Shown here: piece by piece, positions 31,259-41,242 of the stretch
How the letters are laid out: every line of letters begins with the position of its first letter
Numbering within the stretch: the stretch's first letter is position 1
Assembly (NCBI GenBank): GCA_965217895.1
Contig: CBDCJV010000002.1
Span: 1,920,001 to 1,984,000 of the forward strand
Direction of reading: 5' to 3'
Source of the DNA: Waterburya sp.
GTDB taxonomy: Bacteria; Cyanobacteriota; Cyanobacteriia; Cyanobacteriales; Xenococcaceae
DNA: 64,000 bases
Program-made: the position numbers and the translations under genes
Notes under the pieces: model-generated
The model's database searches: none
Seen by the model: only the letters and a program-made list of their open reading frames with translations
Told to the model about the DNA's origin: nothing

Positions 31259-31660
31259 ATGCTGAATCGTTTTCGTTTTATCCAACAAGCAATTTTGACT
31301 AGCATTTGTGCTGCCTCGGTTTCGGCAGTATGTGCTGTTCCTGCTTCAAGTCAAATTTTACCTGAAATTTGGGGTACGATTGGCTCAGTAGATGATTTAA
31401 TTAGCTACGGTGCTGGGGTCAGGTTTGCTGGCACGGGTATCGAAATTGGGACGGGTGAAAAAGGCGCAACGGGTGGAGACTTTTTAACTTTTTTTAGTTT
31501 ACCTATTGTTTCCCCTTATATAGGACTTGGTTACTATAGTGGCGATGAAAACATAGCCTTCTCAGGAGGATTACATCTAAATGCAGGCAGCCATATCGTT
31601 ATCGGTGCTGGATATCATTCTGTTAGGGGTGTGAACGGTCAATTAGGCTTTAAATTTTAG
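31259..31660 (+). CDS. Secreted protein, possible small outer-membrane beta-barrel
   Basis: Signal-peptide-like N-terminus, Gly/aromatic alternating strands (SPYIGLGY, IGAGYHS), terminal GQLGFKF. Confidence 0.55.
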   Translation: MLNRFRFIQQAILTSICAASVSAVCAVPASSQILPEIWGTIGSVDDLISYGAGVRFAGTGIEIGTGEKGATGGDFLTFFSLPIVSPYIGLGYYSGDENIAFSGGLHLNAGSHIVIGAGYHSVRGVNGQLGFKF

Positions 31661-31818
31661 TTAATTTGCTGCTAGTTCAATATTTCGTCTTTTATCTTGG
31701 TTACCTACTTGACAACCAACTAATTAAGTGGCACTTTCTGGCTAAAAATACGTCTAGTTATTTGATAGATTGATCGAAGTAAAATCCAGTATTAACTAAC
31801 TGCTAAATCAAACAATTT

Positions 31819-32361
31819 ATGTTATTTAACAAATCACTTTACAAAACTTTTTTAATGGGTTTGGCTCTCACTGCTTTGGCTACAGGCGGGGTTGCTACCG
31901 TTGTTAAAGCCCAAGGAACACCAGGATTAGTCATCTTTGGCAACAGAGACGTTGATGTTCTCAACTATTACTTGGACTTTGGAGGAGTTGCCGATAGTCG
32001 CGATCGCTATCGCTTCCGAATTCCTAAAAACAAACTGCCCAATGGAGTATCACAATTAAAGATTTCTTATCCTGATTATTTTGATGGTAAATTTGATACT
32101 GACAAAATTGAAGTTAGACCTAATGGAGATAAGAAAAAGTCTTTACCTCTAAAATCTGTAGTTTGGGACGAAAAAAATAGATTTCTCCAAATAGATTTGG
32201 CAACACCACTCCAAGAAGCAAAAAAACTGGAGATTGTTATGTCCAATACTAAAAATCCTGAAGTGGGTACTTATTATTTTTATGGTCAGGTTATTCCCGC
32301 TCGTAATACCCCAGTTCCCGAAAAAATCGGTGCTTGGGTTGTGAACATTAATCCCCATTAA
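31819..32361 (+). CDS. DUF2808-like secreted protein
   Basis: Signal peptide, ISYPDYFDGKFD, NTKNP..GTYYF; sits upstream of rpmH as in other cyanobacteria. Confidence 0.75.
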   Translation: MLFNKSLYKTFLMGLALTALATGGVATVVKAQGTPGLVIFGNRDVDVLNYYLDFGGVADSRDRYRFRIPKNKLPNGVSQLKISYPDYFDGKFDTDKIEVRPNGDKKKSLPLKSVVWDEKNRFLQIDLATPLQEAKKLEIVMSNTKNPEVGTYYFYGQVIPARNTPVPEKIGAWVVNINPH

Positions 32362-32515
32362 AAATAAACTTTAAAAAAGCTTAGAGCTTGGAGCTACAGA
32401 CCTTAAGCTCTATTAAGGCGGTCGCTTTTATCTAGATTACGGCTCGATGTAGTAAGATTAGAGATTGTGGCTTTTTATCAAGCATATTAAGACAAATTTA
32501 TTGAGGAAATAATCA

Positions 32516-32653
32516 GTGACTCAGCGTACATTAGGCGGAACTAACCGCAAACAGAAAAGAAAATCTGGTTTTCGCGCGCGGATGCGTACCACCAATGGTA
32601 GAAGAGTAGTTCATGCTCGTCGCAAAAAAGGTCGTCATCGCCTAGCAGTTTAA
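32516..32653 (+). CDS. rpmH: 50S ribosomal protein L34
   Basis: Manual translation (GTG start, GAGG RBS): [45 protein letters not shown]. Not in ORF track. Confidence 0.97.
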   Translation: MTQRTLGGTNRKQKRKSGFRARMRTTNGRRVVHARRKKGRHRLAV

Positions 32654-32662
32654 CTTGTTGGG

Positions 32663-33037
32663 GTGGGATTACCAAAAGCCTATAGGCTTAAAAATCGCCA
32701 GGATTATAGGGCTGTTTATGAGCAGGGTATTCGTCGTTACAGTCCTCATCTAACCTTAATTGCGCTTTTAACAACGCCAAAGCAGTTAGGTGCGGTTTCT
32801 ACCACCGCAACAATGTTCGGAATTTCTATCAGTAAGAAAGTTAGTAAAAAAGCTGTAGTTCGCAACCGCATAAAAAGACAGATAAAAGGGGTTGTTCGGA
32901 GTAAGCTAAAGGCGATCGCTCCTGGATGGAAAGTAGTGATTGTAGTTAAGCCCCAAGCAATAGAATGCAAATATGAACATTTTTTGCGAGAATTAGAAGA
33001 GTTATTAAAACAAGCAAAAATTATTAATGGGCATTAA
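32663..33037 (+). CDS. rnpA: RNase P protein component
   Basis: GISISKKVSKKAVVRNRIKR (RNR motif). Confidence 0.96.
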   Translation: MGLPKAYRLKNRQDYRAVYEQGIRRYSPHLTLIALLTTPKQLGAVSTTATMFGISISKKVSKKAVVRNRIKRQIKGVVRSKLKAIAPGWKVVIVVKPQAIECKYEHFLRELEELLKQAKIINGH

Positions 33038-33419
33038 AGAAGAAGTTTATTTTGAAAGCGGTCCCCACGTTGGCGACCTGATTTTCAATATACTATTAGC
33101 GTTTACAGTCATTTGTATTCCCTTGACAGTGGGCGCGATTGTCAGGGCTTTATGGTTACGCTATCGTATTACAGATCGTCGCATTTGCGTCACTGGTGGC
33201 TGGATGGGCAGAGAACGCACAGACATCATTTACTCTGAAGTTATTAAGATTGTCAAAGTTCCTAGAGGAATAGGTCTGTGGGGAGATTTGGTCATAACCC
33301 TAAGAGATAAAAGCCGCTTAGAAATGCGGGCAGTACCTCAATTTAGAGAAATATATGACTATATCTCTGAAAAGGCAGCAGCGAAAACAGGTAGACCATT
33401 AGAAGCAATTCAAAGCTAA
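33027..33419 (+). CDS. Bacterial PH-domain membrane protein
   Basis: WLRYRITDRRI motif; lies between rnpA and yidC. Confidence 0.85.
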   Translation: MGIKEEVYFESGPHVGDLIFNILLAFTVICIPLTVGAIVRALWLRYRITDRRICVTGGWMGRERTDIIYSEVIKIVKVPRGIGLWGDLVITLRDKSRLEMRAVPQFREIYDYISEKAAAKTGRPLEAIQS

Positions 33420-33519
33420 CTAAACTCCTGCAAACAGTTTTGATCGGTTTTCCTCATGGGCGATCGACTAAACTGAGTTAAAAATTACAATATTTCGTAA
33501 AGGCTGGATAGATTAAAAA

Positions 33520-34677
33520 ATGGATTTTGGTATCGGCTTTCTTTCAAACAACATCATGCTCCCAATCCTAGATTTTTTCTACGGGATTTTTCCGAGCTAT
33601 GGTTTTGCCATTATCGCCTTGACAATCGTAATTCGTCTGGCGGTTGTTCCTCTAAGTGCGGGACAAATTCGCAATATGCGCAAGATGAAAATTGTTCAAC
33701 CGCTGATGAAAGAGCGACAGGAACAAATTAAGCAAAAATATAAAAACGACCCAGAGAAACAAAGAGAAGAACAAGCCAAAGTAATGCAGGAGTTTGGAAA
33801 TCCTCTTGCAGGCTGTTTACCTCTATTGTTACAAATGCCAATTTTATTTGCCCTATTTGCTACTTTAAGAGGATCGCCATTTACCAACACTCCTTACGAT
33901 ATAAATGTGCAAATATTACCGAAGGAGCAAATAGAAAGAATTGTACCCCAGCCTTTTGCTACTAAACCCAAGAACATTTATATTGACGAAGGAACTCACC
34001 AACGAATCGCAGCAATGTTGCCTGGCGGAAACAAGCTAGCAGTGGGAGAAACTACAAAAGTAGAACTGCAAACCCCTGATGGTAAATCTCTAGATAATTT
34101 ATTAGCAGAATATCCCAGCAATAATGATCTCAAGCCTACTTTATCAATAACTAAGGGTTCTGAGCGGCTACAGATCGATCCAGATGGCACATTCAAAGCT
34201 TTAGAACCAGGAGATGCCACAATTCAAGTAACCGTTCCTGGCATTGCGGCTAATACAGGCTTTTTGTTTATTGAGAAACTGGGTCGAGTTGGGGTAACGG
34301 ATGAAAATGGTAATATCAACTTTGATATTTTGGCAATGGTCTTGATGTTTGGTGTAGGTATTTATGTTAACCAGCAAATGAGTGGTGCGCAAAATGCAAG
34401 TGCAGGAGCAGATCAACAGCAAGCAATAAATAAAATTACGCCTTTACTGTTTAGTGGGATGTTTTTATTCTTTCCCCTTCCTGCTGGCGTACTAATGTAT
34501 ATTGTAGTAGCCAACTTTTTCCAAACTGGTCAAACTTGGTTCTTGATGCGAGAACCTCTACCAGAAAATTTGCAGGAGATCTTGAAAGAGCAAGAAAAAG
34601 CAGAAGCAGCAGCCAAAAGAGATACTCTTCCTTTCGAGAAAAAGCGTTCTAAGAAAAAAGAAAAAACTTCAGGTTAA
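33520..34677 (+). CDS. yidC: Membrane protein insertase YidC
   Basis: [36 protein letters not shown]. Confidence 0.96.
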   Translation: MDFGIGFLSNNIMLPILDFFYGIFPSYGFAIIALTIVIRLAVVPLSAGQIRNMRKMKIVQPLMKERQEQIKQKYKNDPEKQREEQAKVMQEFGNPLAGCLPLLLQMPILFALFATLRGSPFTNTPYDINVQILPKEQIERIVPQPFATKPKNIYIDEGTHQRIAAMLPGGNKLAVGETTKVELQTPDGKSLDNLLAEYPSNNDLKPTLSITKGSERLQIDPDGTFKALEPGDATIQVTVPGIAANTGFLFIEKLGRVGVTDENGNINFDILAMVLMFGVGIYVNQQMSGAQNASAGADQQQAINKITPLLFSGMFLFFPLPAGVLMYIVVANFFQTGQTWFLMREPLPENLQEILKEQEKAEAAAKRDTLPFEKKRSKKKEKTSG

Positions 34678-34690
34678 ATTATCAACCATC

Positions 34691-35179
34691 GTGGAAAGTC
34701 AACTTCAGTCAGGAAAACAGTGGTTAGAGCAGCTTTTAGATTCTATGGGTCTGGCTGCTAGAGTAACCACTGAAGGGTTTGAGACGGTAACTACTGATTC
34801 AAACTCTAATTGGTTAAACATAGACGGCAGCAATCTAACCTCAGAGCAAAAAGAACAGCTAATTGGCAATAAAGGCCAAAGTATTGATGCAATTCAATAT
34901 CTTGCCAACACCATACTTAATTTAGAGGCAGACCCTGAAGCTCAAAGCTCCTTTACTTTAGAATTAGATGGCTATAGAGTTGAACGTTATAAAGAATTAG
35001 CAGTCTTGACTCAAGAGGCGATCGCCAAGGTAAGAGAAACAGGAGAAGATGTAGAAATACCTGGCTTATCGCCGGCTGAAAGAAAACAGATACATTCTTC
35101 CTTGGAAGAAATAGAAGATTTAAGCAGCGAAAGTCGAGGTCAAGAACCAGACAGAAGATTGATTTTGCGATCGCAATAA
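34691..35179 (+). CDS. Jag/R3H-domain RNA-binding protein
   Basis: LIGNKGQSIDAIQYL, ERKQIH (R3H), SRGQEPDRRL. Confidence 0.88.
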   Translation: MESQLQSGKQWLEQLLDSMGLAARVTTEGFETVTTDSNSNWLNIDGSNLTSEQKEQLIGNKGQSIDAIQYLANTILNLEADPEAQSSFTLELDGYRVERYKELAVLTQEAIAKVRETGEDVEIPGLSPAERKQIHSSLEEIEDLSSESRGQEPDRRLILRSQ

Positions 35180-35235
35180 TCGAAATTAACCTCGAAACAC
35201 GTTGCCAATACACAGCGTTAAATGAGAAGCACATA

Positions 35236-35748
35236 ATGGAAGCGGTATACATACCTCATCTGCTAAAAGCACCAAGAAGAACAGCAGAAATTATTGTCGA
35301 TGACAATATTAGTGAATTAGACACTTTAATACCCGTAAAAGGCAAAATTGTTATACGCCACGGGGGAAACTTTTTAGAAGTAGCATCTCAAGCAGAAACA
35401 ATTATCACTCTAGTTTGCGATCGCTGTCTACAACATTATAATCACCGTTTGAAAATCGATACATCAGAATTGATTTGGCTAGAATCTGAACTAGAAAATA
35501 TTGAAGATCTCCCAGCAGAAAGAGAAGTCTCAATGGAGGATTTATCAGAAACTCTGCCTCCCAACGGACATTTCAATCCCCAAATGTGGCTTTTTGAACA
35601 ATTGTCTCTGGCTTTACCTTTGAGGAAAGTATGCGGTGAGAACTGTCCAGGAGCAGCAAAAACACCTTTGAAAAAAGAATTTCAAGTAGATAGTCGCTGG
35701 TCTAGTTTAGCAGCCTTAAAAGAGCAATTAAACGGTAGTCAGGATTAA
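35236..35748 (+). CDS. YceD/DUF177 family protein
   Basis: CDRCL, LALPLRKVCGENCPG, DSRWSSL. Confidence 0.9.
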   Translation: MEAVYIPHLLKAPRRTAEIIVDDNISELDTLIPVKGKIVIRHGGNFLEVASQAETIITLVCDRCLQHYNHRLKIDTSELIWLESELENIEDLPAEREVSMEDLSETLPPNGHFNPQMWLFEQLSLALPLRKVCGENCPGAAKTPLKKEFQVDSRWSSLAALKEQLNGSQD

Positions 35749-35833
35749 TTAGTAATTATACTGAATACTTAAATCAAAGGTAAAATCATTTATCGGTAAA
35801 TAGTACTAAATAATTATTTAAAATCAACTAATC

Positions 35834-36823
35834 ATGTCTGATTCGCCGACAAATATAGAAAAAGCAGATAACTCAGGGGATTCTAAAGCTCGTCAATTGC
35901 TGGGTATGAAAGGCGCAGCGACCGGGGAAACTTCTCTTTGGAAAATAAGGCTGCAGTTAATGAAGCCGATTACCTGGATTCCTCTTATTTGGGGGGTGAT
36001 CTGCGGTGCAGCATCTTCAGGTAACTATAGTTGGACAGTGGAGAATGTTCTGCTAGCGGCTGCCTGTATGTTACTTTCAGGTCCATTAATGACTGGTTAT
36101 ACCCAGACCGTTAACGAACTGTATGACCGTGAAATTGATGCAATCAATGAACCCTATCGACCTATTCCTTCGGGGGCAATTTCTCTAACGCAAGCAAAAG
36201 TACAGATTTGGGTCTTGGTACTAACTGCTTGGGCATTAGCTTACGGCTTGGATGTAGCAGTAGGTCATGATTTTCCGACTATTCTCTGTCTTGCTTTAGG
36301 TGGTTCTATTATTGCCTATATTTATTCTGCACCACCATTAAAACTCAAGCAAAATGGCTGGTTAGGCACTTATGCACTTGGTTCTAGCTATATTGCCTTG
36401 CCTTGGTGGACTGGTCACGCTTTGTTTGGCGAATTGAGTTGGAAAATTGTAATTTTAACCCTGATCTACAGCTTTGCAGGGTTGGGTATTGCCATTGTCA
36501 ACGACTTCAAAAGTGTAGAAGGCGATCGCGCTTTGGGCTTAAAATCTCTGCCAGTAATGTTTGGAGTTACCACTGCTGCTTGGATTTGCGTCATTGCGAT
36601 CGACGTTTTTCAAATTGGTATTAGTGGTTACCTTGTTTCAATTCATGAGAATCTCTACGCCACCATTGTCTTTTTACTAGTGATTCCCCAGATTGTCTTT
36701 CAGGATATGTATTTTCTCCGCAATCCTTTAGAAAATGATGTCAAGTATCAAGCCAGCGCACAGCCTTTTCTAGTTTTTGGGATGCTATTTACAGGTATTG
36801 CTTTAGGACACGCAGGAATTTAA
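35834..36823 (+). CDS. chlG: Chlorophyll synthase
   Basis: RLQLMKPITWIPLIWG, YDREIDAINEPYRPIPSG, NDFKSVEGDR, DVKYQASAQPF. Confidence 0.98.
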   Translation: MSDSPTNIEKADNSGDSKARQLLGMKGAATGETSLWKIRLQLMKPITWIPLIWGVICGAASSGNYSWTVENVLLAAACMLLSGPLMTGYTQTVNELYDREIDAINEPYRPIPSGAISLTQAKVQIWVLVLTAWALAYGLDVAVGHDFPTILCLALGGSIIAYIYSAPPLKLKQNGWLGTYALGSSYIALPWWTGHALFGELSWKIVILTLIYSFAGLGIAIVNDFKSVEGDRALGLKSLPVMFGVTTAAWICVIAIDVFQIGISGYLVSIHENLYATIVFLLVIPQIVFQDMYFLRNPLENDVKYQASAQPFLVFGMLFTGIALGHAGI

Positions 36824-36840
36824 TCAGTGAACAATAACCA

Positions 36841-36870
36841 GAGTAAGAAGTAATTCACTACTTCTTACTC
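36841..36870. terminator. Perfect 12-bp hairpin after chlG
   Basis: GAGTAAGAAGTA-ATTCAC-TACTTCTTACTC; no U-tract, so it may be a stabilising hairpin rather than a terminator. Confidence 0.55.
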
Positions 36871-36902
36871 AAAGCGAAGCGTAACTATAGGTTAATTATT
36901 CA

Positions 36903-37430
36903 ATGAATCCCAACAATTGGTTGACAGCCTTGTCCTTTATAGCGATCGCTACTCTCTTAAGTACGATCTATGGCTGGCTGGTGAAAAAAGGAAAATTGCC
37001 ATTTAGGTCGGGCATTGATTATAGTAATGCTCAATTGCAATTTATGAAAGTTTGGGTCAAGGTTGCACTCCTACTTGGGGTAATCATTCCTGTAGTTTTG
37101 TGGTTAGTTTTTTGGAATAAACCAGTTATACGCCAGTTTTTTAGTTGCTACTTGTTAGTAGTCGTTGTTCAGTTAGCAAGCGAAAAAAGTTTTAAAAGTA
37201 TCTTTTGTCCGAGCGTTGTTGTAATTATTGGAACTCTTTACACTGGATTTCGGATTTGGCAATTATGGTCGGGGTTACACTTAACAACTTATCTGATGCC
37301 CTGGCTTAGTTTATTTTGGTTAGTTGTTCTCTTTTGGGTAGCAAATATGATTATGCTAATCACAATGCCAATTCCTAACATACTTCCCCAATCAAATAAT
37401 TACAGTTTAGGTAATGAAGAGTTAGATTAA
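36903..37430 (+). CDS. Hypothetical membrane protein
   Basis: 175-aa ORF with about 5 hydrophobic segments. Confidence 0.7.
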   Translation: MNPNNWLTALSFIAIATLLSTIYGWLVKKGKLPFRSGIDYSNAQLQFMKVWVKVALLLGVIIPVVLWLVFWNKPVIRQFFSCYLLVVVVQLASEKSFKSIFCPSVVVIIGTLYTGFRIWQLWSGLHLTTYLMPWLSLFWLVVLFWVANMIMLITMPIPNILPQSNNYSLGNEELD

Positions 37431-37495
37431 GTTTAACTTACAAATAGTTGAATTTTTGATTTTGTTATTAGACAGCTTAAAAGAGTTAGAAATTC

Positions 37496-38035
37496 ATGAA
37501 AAACATTCAACTTCTTGCTATATCAGGTAGTTTAAGAGCTAATTCATCTAATACAGAGGTTCTAAAAGCAGCAAAAATACTAGCTCCAGCAACCGTAGAT
37601 ATTGTTCTTTATTCAGAATTATCTAGACTTCCTCACTTCAATCCCGATTTAGATCGAGAGCCTTTACCTGAATCTATAGTGTCTTGGCGAAAACATATTG
37701 AAAATAGTGATGGCATAATCATTTCAAGTCCTGAATATGCCCATGGTGTTCCAGGTTCACTAAAAAATGCTCTTGATTGGCTAGTTAGCAGCATAGAATT
37801 TCCTGGTAAGCCAGTAGCTTTAATTAATGCAAACCCCAGAGCGAGTATTGCCCTCGCCTCTCTCAAAGAAATACTTACTACCATGTCAGCCAGAACGTCT
37901 GAATCTAATAACGTAACTCTAGCAATTGCTGGAAAAGCCTTAAATGCTCAGGGAATTATATCTGATCCTCAATTGTCTGTAGCTTTAGAGAAAGCAATTG
38001 CAATATTTGCTCAAACTATTTTTGTTTCCAAATAA
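37496..38035 (+). CDS. NADPH-dependent FMN reductase
   Basis: ISGSLRANSSN, SPEYAHGVPGSLKNALDW, GKPV. Confidence 0.92.
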   Translation: MKNIQLLAISGSLRANSSNTEVLKAAKILAPATVDIVLYSELSRLPHFNPDLDREPLPESIVSWRKHIENSDGIIISSPEYAHGVPGSLKNALDWLVSSIEFPGKPVALINANPRASIALASLKEILTTMSARTSESNNVTLAIAGKALNAQGIISDPQLSVALEKAIAIFAQTIFVSK

Positions 38036-38196
38036 GATTTTTTTCTTTCTGCAATGTTTAACTTTATAGAAAGTGTTCAATGCGGGTAACTAAATTTGTA
38101 TCTAAAACTTTGCGTATCTATGTAACTTCTTGTTCAAAAAAGAGCTTCCAATTAGGATTATGTTCAACAATGATGATCTCATCCATTGCCAATTTA

Positions 38197-38829
38197 TTAG
38201 CTATTAGTTATCCAGTCTAACCGCACAAAGTAACCAGAATTGCCCAATTTATCAGTAATTTTGGTGATTTTATTAAGCTTTAAATTAAAAGGAATGGCAG
38301 TAGTTATGTATTTCTGTACATATATACCAATATCGGGAGCAAGATAGTTAGCAGCAAGAGTGGCTAATCCCATACCCAGCAGTTGATGTACTGGTTCTTT
38401 CGGCAAGCTCAAGTGTGCCATCATTGCCATACTAGTAGTCAGCATCACTGCCACAGAAGAATTTGTACCACAGCGAGGATGAAGTGCTAGGTTCCATTCT
38501 CCTTGTTGTAAACGAATCAAAGCCAGATTTACAGCCTTTCTTAATCTAAAGGGATCGATATTGCCGTAAAGGTAAAATCCTTTCTCAGTAGACATTCCGC
38601 CGATATCTTCGTTGTCTGCGGATAAATAGCTAGCTGAGAATTTTGTCGTTGTACTGGAATTGCCTAAATTACTTAACACCCAGACAGTAGCGTGTTCTAA
38701 AGCGTGTACTTGACGAATGGCTAGAAAGTCTTTAAAACCAGGAATAAAGCCTAGTTGCTTAATTAACTCAGTATCCCCATAAGAATTAGGGAAGTCAAAA
38801 CCTGGATTGGTGTAAGTGGCATCGATCAT
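38197..38829 (-). CDS. Conserved hypothetical protein (DUF6391-like)
   Basis: RQVHALEHATVWVL, GFYLYG, LALHPRCGTN. Confidence 0.7.
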   Translation of the reverse strand: MIDATYTNPGFDFPNSYGDTELIKQLGFIPGFKDFLAIRQVHALEHATVWVLSNLGNSSTTTKFSASYLSADNEDIGGMSTEKGFYLYGNIDPFRLRKAVNLALIRLQQGEWNLALHPRCGTNSSVAVMLTTSMAMMAHLSLPKEPVHQLLGMGLATLAANYLAPDIGIYVQKYITTAIPFNLKLNKITKITDKLGNSGYFVRLDWITNS

Positions 38830-39175
38830 AATGAATTAAGGAGCGATCGCTTTTTGTCTACAGTTTGTGGTCAACAAAATTATTTTGAATCTACTACTGA
38901 TACTTTTTAAGTCTAATTATTTTATCGTCTATCTTCGGATTGTTTTAATAAAATTTAGTCACTCTGACTCCTACTTCGCAAGAATATAAGGCTCTTGTGT
39001 TCTCAAACACAATTTTTATGATTTGTTCATTATTCGTGAATTCAGTAGCTGGATGAAATCAAATATAAACATAAATTTCACAATCCCTGAAGCAGACTAG
39101 AAGATTTAGGCTGGGTATATTAAAGGGCAGAAGTCCGCTATTTTTATCACTAGTAAATTTAACCAAAAACTGTAT

Positions 39176-40240
39176 ATGCCTATTCCCTTCGATGTTGCAT
39201 TTGCCCAAAAACGGATTGATAAGTTTTGGTGTCTGCCTGCTAGTTTTGGTATGGAACGAAACGCTTATCATAATTATCTTAACGAAATTGTCAGCGATCG
39301 CTATGCTTTAGTCAATGGACTACAGGTATTAAGAGACGAACTACAGTTTGCTGCTTCTAGCAACAGTGATATACATATATGTGGAGCAGATTTGAGCTTA
39401 CCCAGCGTCGTGACAACTTTGGCATATACCAACTGTGGCGATCGCATTCACCAAGGAGAAGTCACCAAACGTTACCGAGATGTAGTAGCATCCCGTTTTG
39501 CAACCCTCTCAGAAATTGGCGAACTAAAGCTAGAAGCATTTTTTCCCGCAGGCGGAGGGACAGATAATGGGGCAACTCTTGCTCACGTTACCGTGGCACA
39601 TCAAATGGACGAACCATTACGCCGAAGACTATATGAGGGAAATTCCCAGTCAATGGTATTAGTGGCAGTAGATCTAAAAACTCATGTAGGGCGTTTGGAA
39701 GAAGGAGAAAAGCGCATCTACGGTAAAACCCGTGAATCTCCTTGGCGAGAACCTCGTAATGCCTGTGGTGCAATTGTTGGCGCGTTATCAAACTATCATC
39801 CCCACAATATGATTCACCGTCGTATAAGGGATGATTTAGGCGAAAAAAACTTTCAGTATCTTTCTAACCAAAAGATTGTTACTGAGAGTGGAATAGATAT
39901 CACTATGGCAGTAGCTTCGGCAATTGTAGCTATTCGTGGTATTCGCAACACCGCCATGGCAATGACTCAGGAAATAGATGAACGAGGATTAGCTCATCTC
40001 ACCGCTAGCACTACGGTAAATCGTCCATCAAGGGATGATCTGGTAATTTATTTAGCCAGAGCAACGGTATTTGGTGGCAAAGTACGAATACAAAGTTTGG
40101 GAACAAAAGCCGAGCTATACAGTGGCAAACTGATTGAGTATGCGGGAGAACGTAGGCTTCAATTAACCTATAACGATTTAGATGGAGAGCATTTGCCCGT
40201 GGAAGAAATTCCCTATCAGGTTAAACCTTCGGGATTATAA
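39176..40240 (+). CDS. Hypothetical protein with LCIB/theta-carbonic-anhydrase-like Zn motifs
   Basis: 354 aa with TNC87GD89R, KTH170VG and NAC197GAI. The ORF is clear; the function is inferred. Confidence 0.55.
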   Translation: MPIPFDVAFAQKRIDKFWCLPASFGMERNAYHNYLNEIVSDRYALVNGLQVLRDELQFAASSNSDIHICGADLSLPSVVTTLAYTNCGDRIHQGEVTKRYRDVVASRFATLSEIGELKLEAFFPAGGGTDNGATLAHVTVAHQMDEPLRRRLYEGNSQSMVLVAVDLKTHVGRLEEGEKRIYGKTRESPWREPRNACGAIVGALSNYHPHNMIHRRIRDDLGEKNFQYLSNQKIVTESGIDITMAVASAIVAIRGIRNTAMAMTQEIDERGLAHLTASTTVNRPSRDDLVIYLARATVFGGKVRIQSLGTKAELYSGKLIEYAGERRLQLTYNDLDGEHLPVEEIPYQVKPSGL

Positions 40241-40394
40241 AAAGCTAAAATTATTTTTTTTAAGCTGTTGATATTGATAATATGCTCATCAGTAATGCTG
40301 TTGTCGTGCGTGGCGGGGTGATCTCTGACTAGCCGTTCCCAATTCCCAAGGCTAAAATCGGGGTGAACACAACCCCGTAAAAAAAGCAAATTTT

Positions 40395-41168
40395 ATGAGT
40401 AATTTTATACAAGAAACTCAAAGTGGCAAAATTGATTTAATAAATGTTTTGGTCGATATAAGATTAACTAACGTAACCGAAATCAAAGTTCTTCAGGAAG
40501 TAGTTAGCTTTATTGATACTCACTACCAAGAACACAAAGTACACATCAAAGCTGCCAGCGTTGCTGCTTTAATTTTAAATCGTCAAGATATCCCCAATCT
40601 ATATGCTACTTCTCCAAGAGGTTACAACAACCAAGTGCTAGAATTTCAAAATCAATTTGGAATTTCAGGCTTTAAAATTAGAGAAAAACTAATACCTTGG
40701 GCTATAGATAAAATAATTAGAACTAGATTGTCTCAAAATTTACATTTAGACTTGACAGAAGCTAAAGACAACCAAATCAGCCAAATTGCGGTAGATAATC
40801 AGAACTTTTTAGAAATTTTAGCCAACATCGATCTGGCTAATGTAACAGAGTTTCAAGTGATAGAAGAAGCCTTTAATCATATACAGCAGAAATTTTCTGG
40901 AGTGGCACAACAAATTAACTTATCTGATGTTTGTGCTTTAGTACTCAACCATAAATCTGTCTGTTCTTTATATGCTACTACTACTGAAGAGTACGATAAA
41001 TTAAAGCAAATCTATCTGTCCGAACATCAGTTTCAAGTAAATGAAATTGTTCATCAGATGGTAGAAAAAGTTCATTCAGAAGGTTCAGAACTTTCTTTAA
41101 ACCACGATTCTTTGATTGCAGTCAACTTCCAAAGACGAAAAAACGTAGCTCAGTCTTGGCATCTTTAA
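40395..41168 (+). CDS. Tandem ComFB-like domain protein
   Basis: Two internal repeats: NVTEIKVLQEV..VAALILNR..PNLYATS and NVTEFQVIEEA..DVCALVLNH..SLYATT. Confidence 0.65.
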   Translation: MSNFIQETQSGKIDLINVLVDIRLTNVTEIKVLQEVVSFIDTHYQEHKVHIKAASVAALILNRQDIPNLYATSPRGYNNQVLEFQNQFGISGFKIREKLIPWAIDKIIRTRLSQNLHLDLTEAKDNQISQIAVDNQNFLEILANIDLANVTEFQVIEEAFNHIQQKFSGVAQQINLSDVCALVLNHKSVCSLYATTTEEYDKLKQIYLSEHQFQVNEIVHQMVEKVHSEGSELSLNHDSLIAVNFQRRKNVAQSWHL

Positions 41169-41216
41169 ATGCACGCCTGATGTGAATTAACGGTGAGACT
41201 CCTTAAAGGGTTTCGC

Positions 41217-41235
41217 CTTATCCTGAACTCAGGTT
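41217..41235 (-). mobile_element. Orphan IS982 terminal inverted repeat
   Basis: CTTATCCTGAACTCAGGTT; its reverse complement matches the left end of the IS at 13236-13254 at 18/19. Confidence 0.7.
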
Positions 41236-41242
41236 TATTAAG

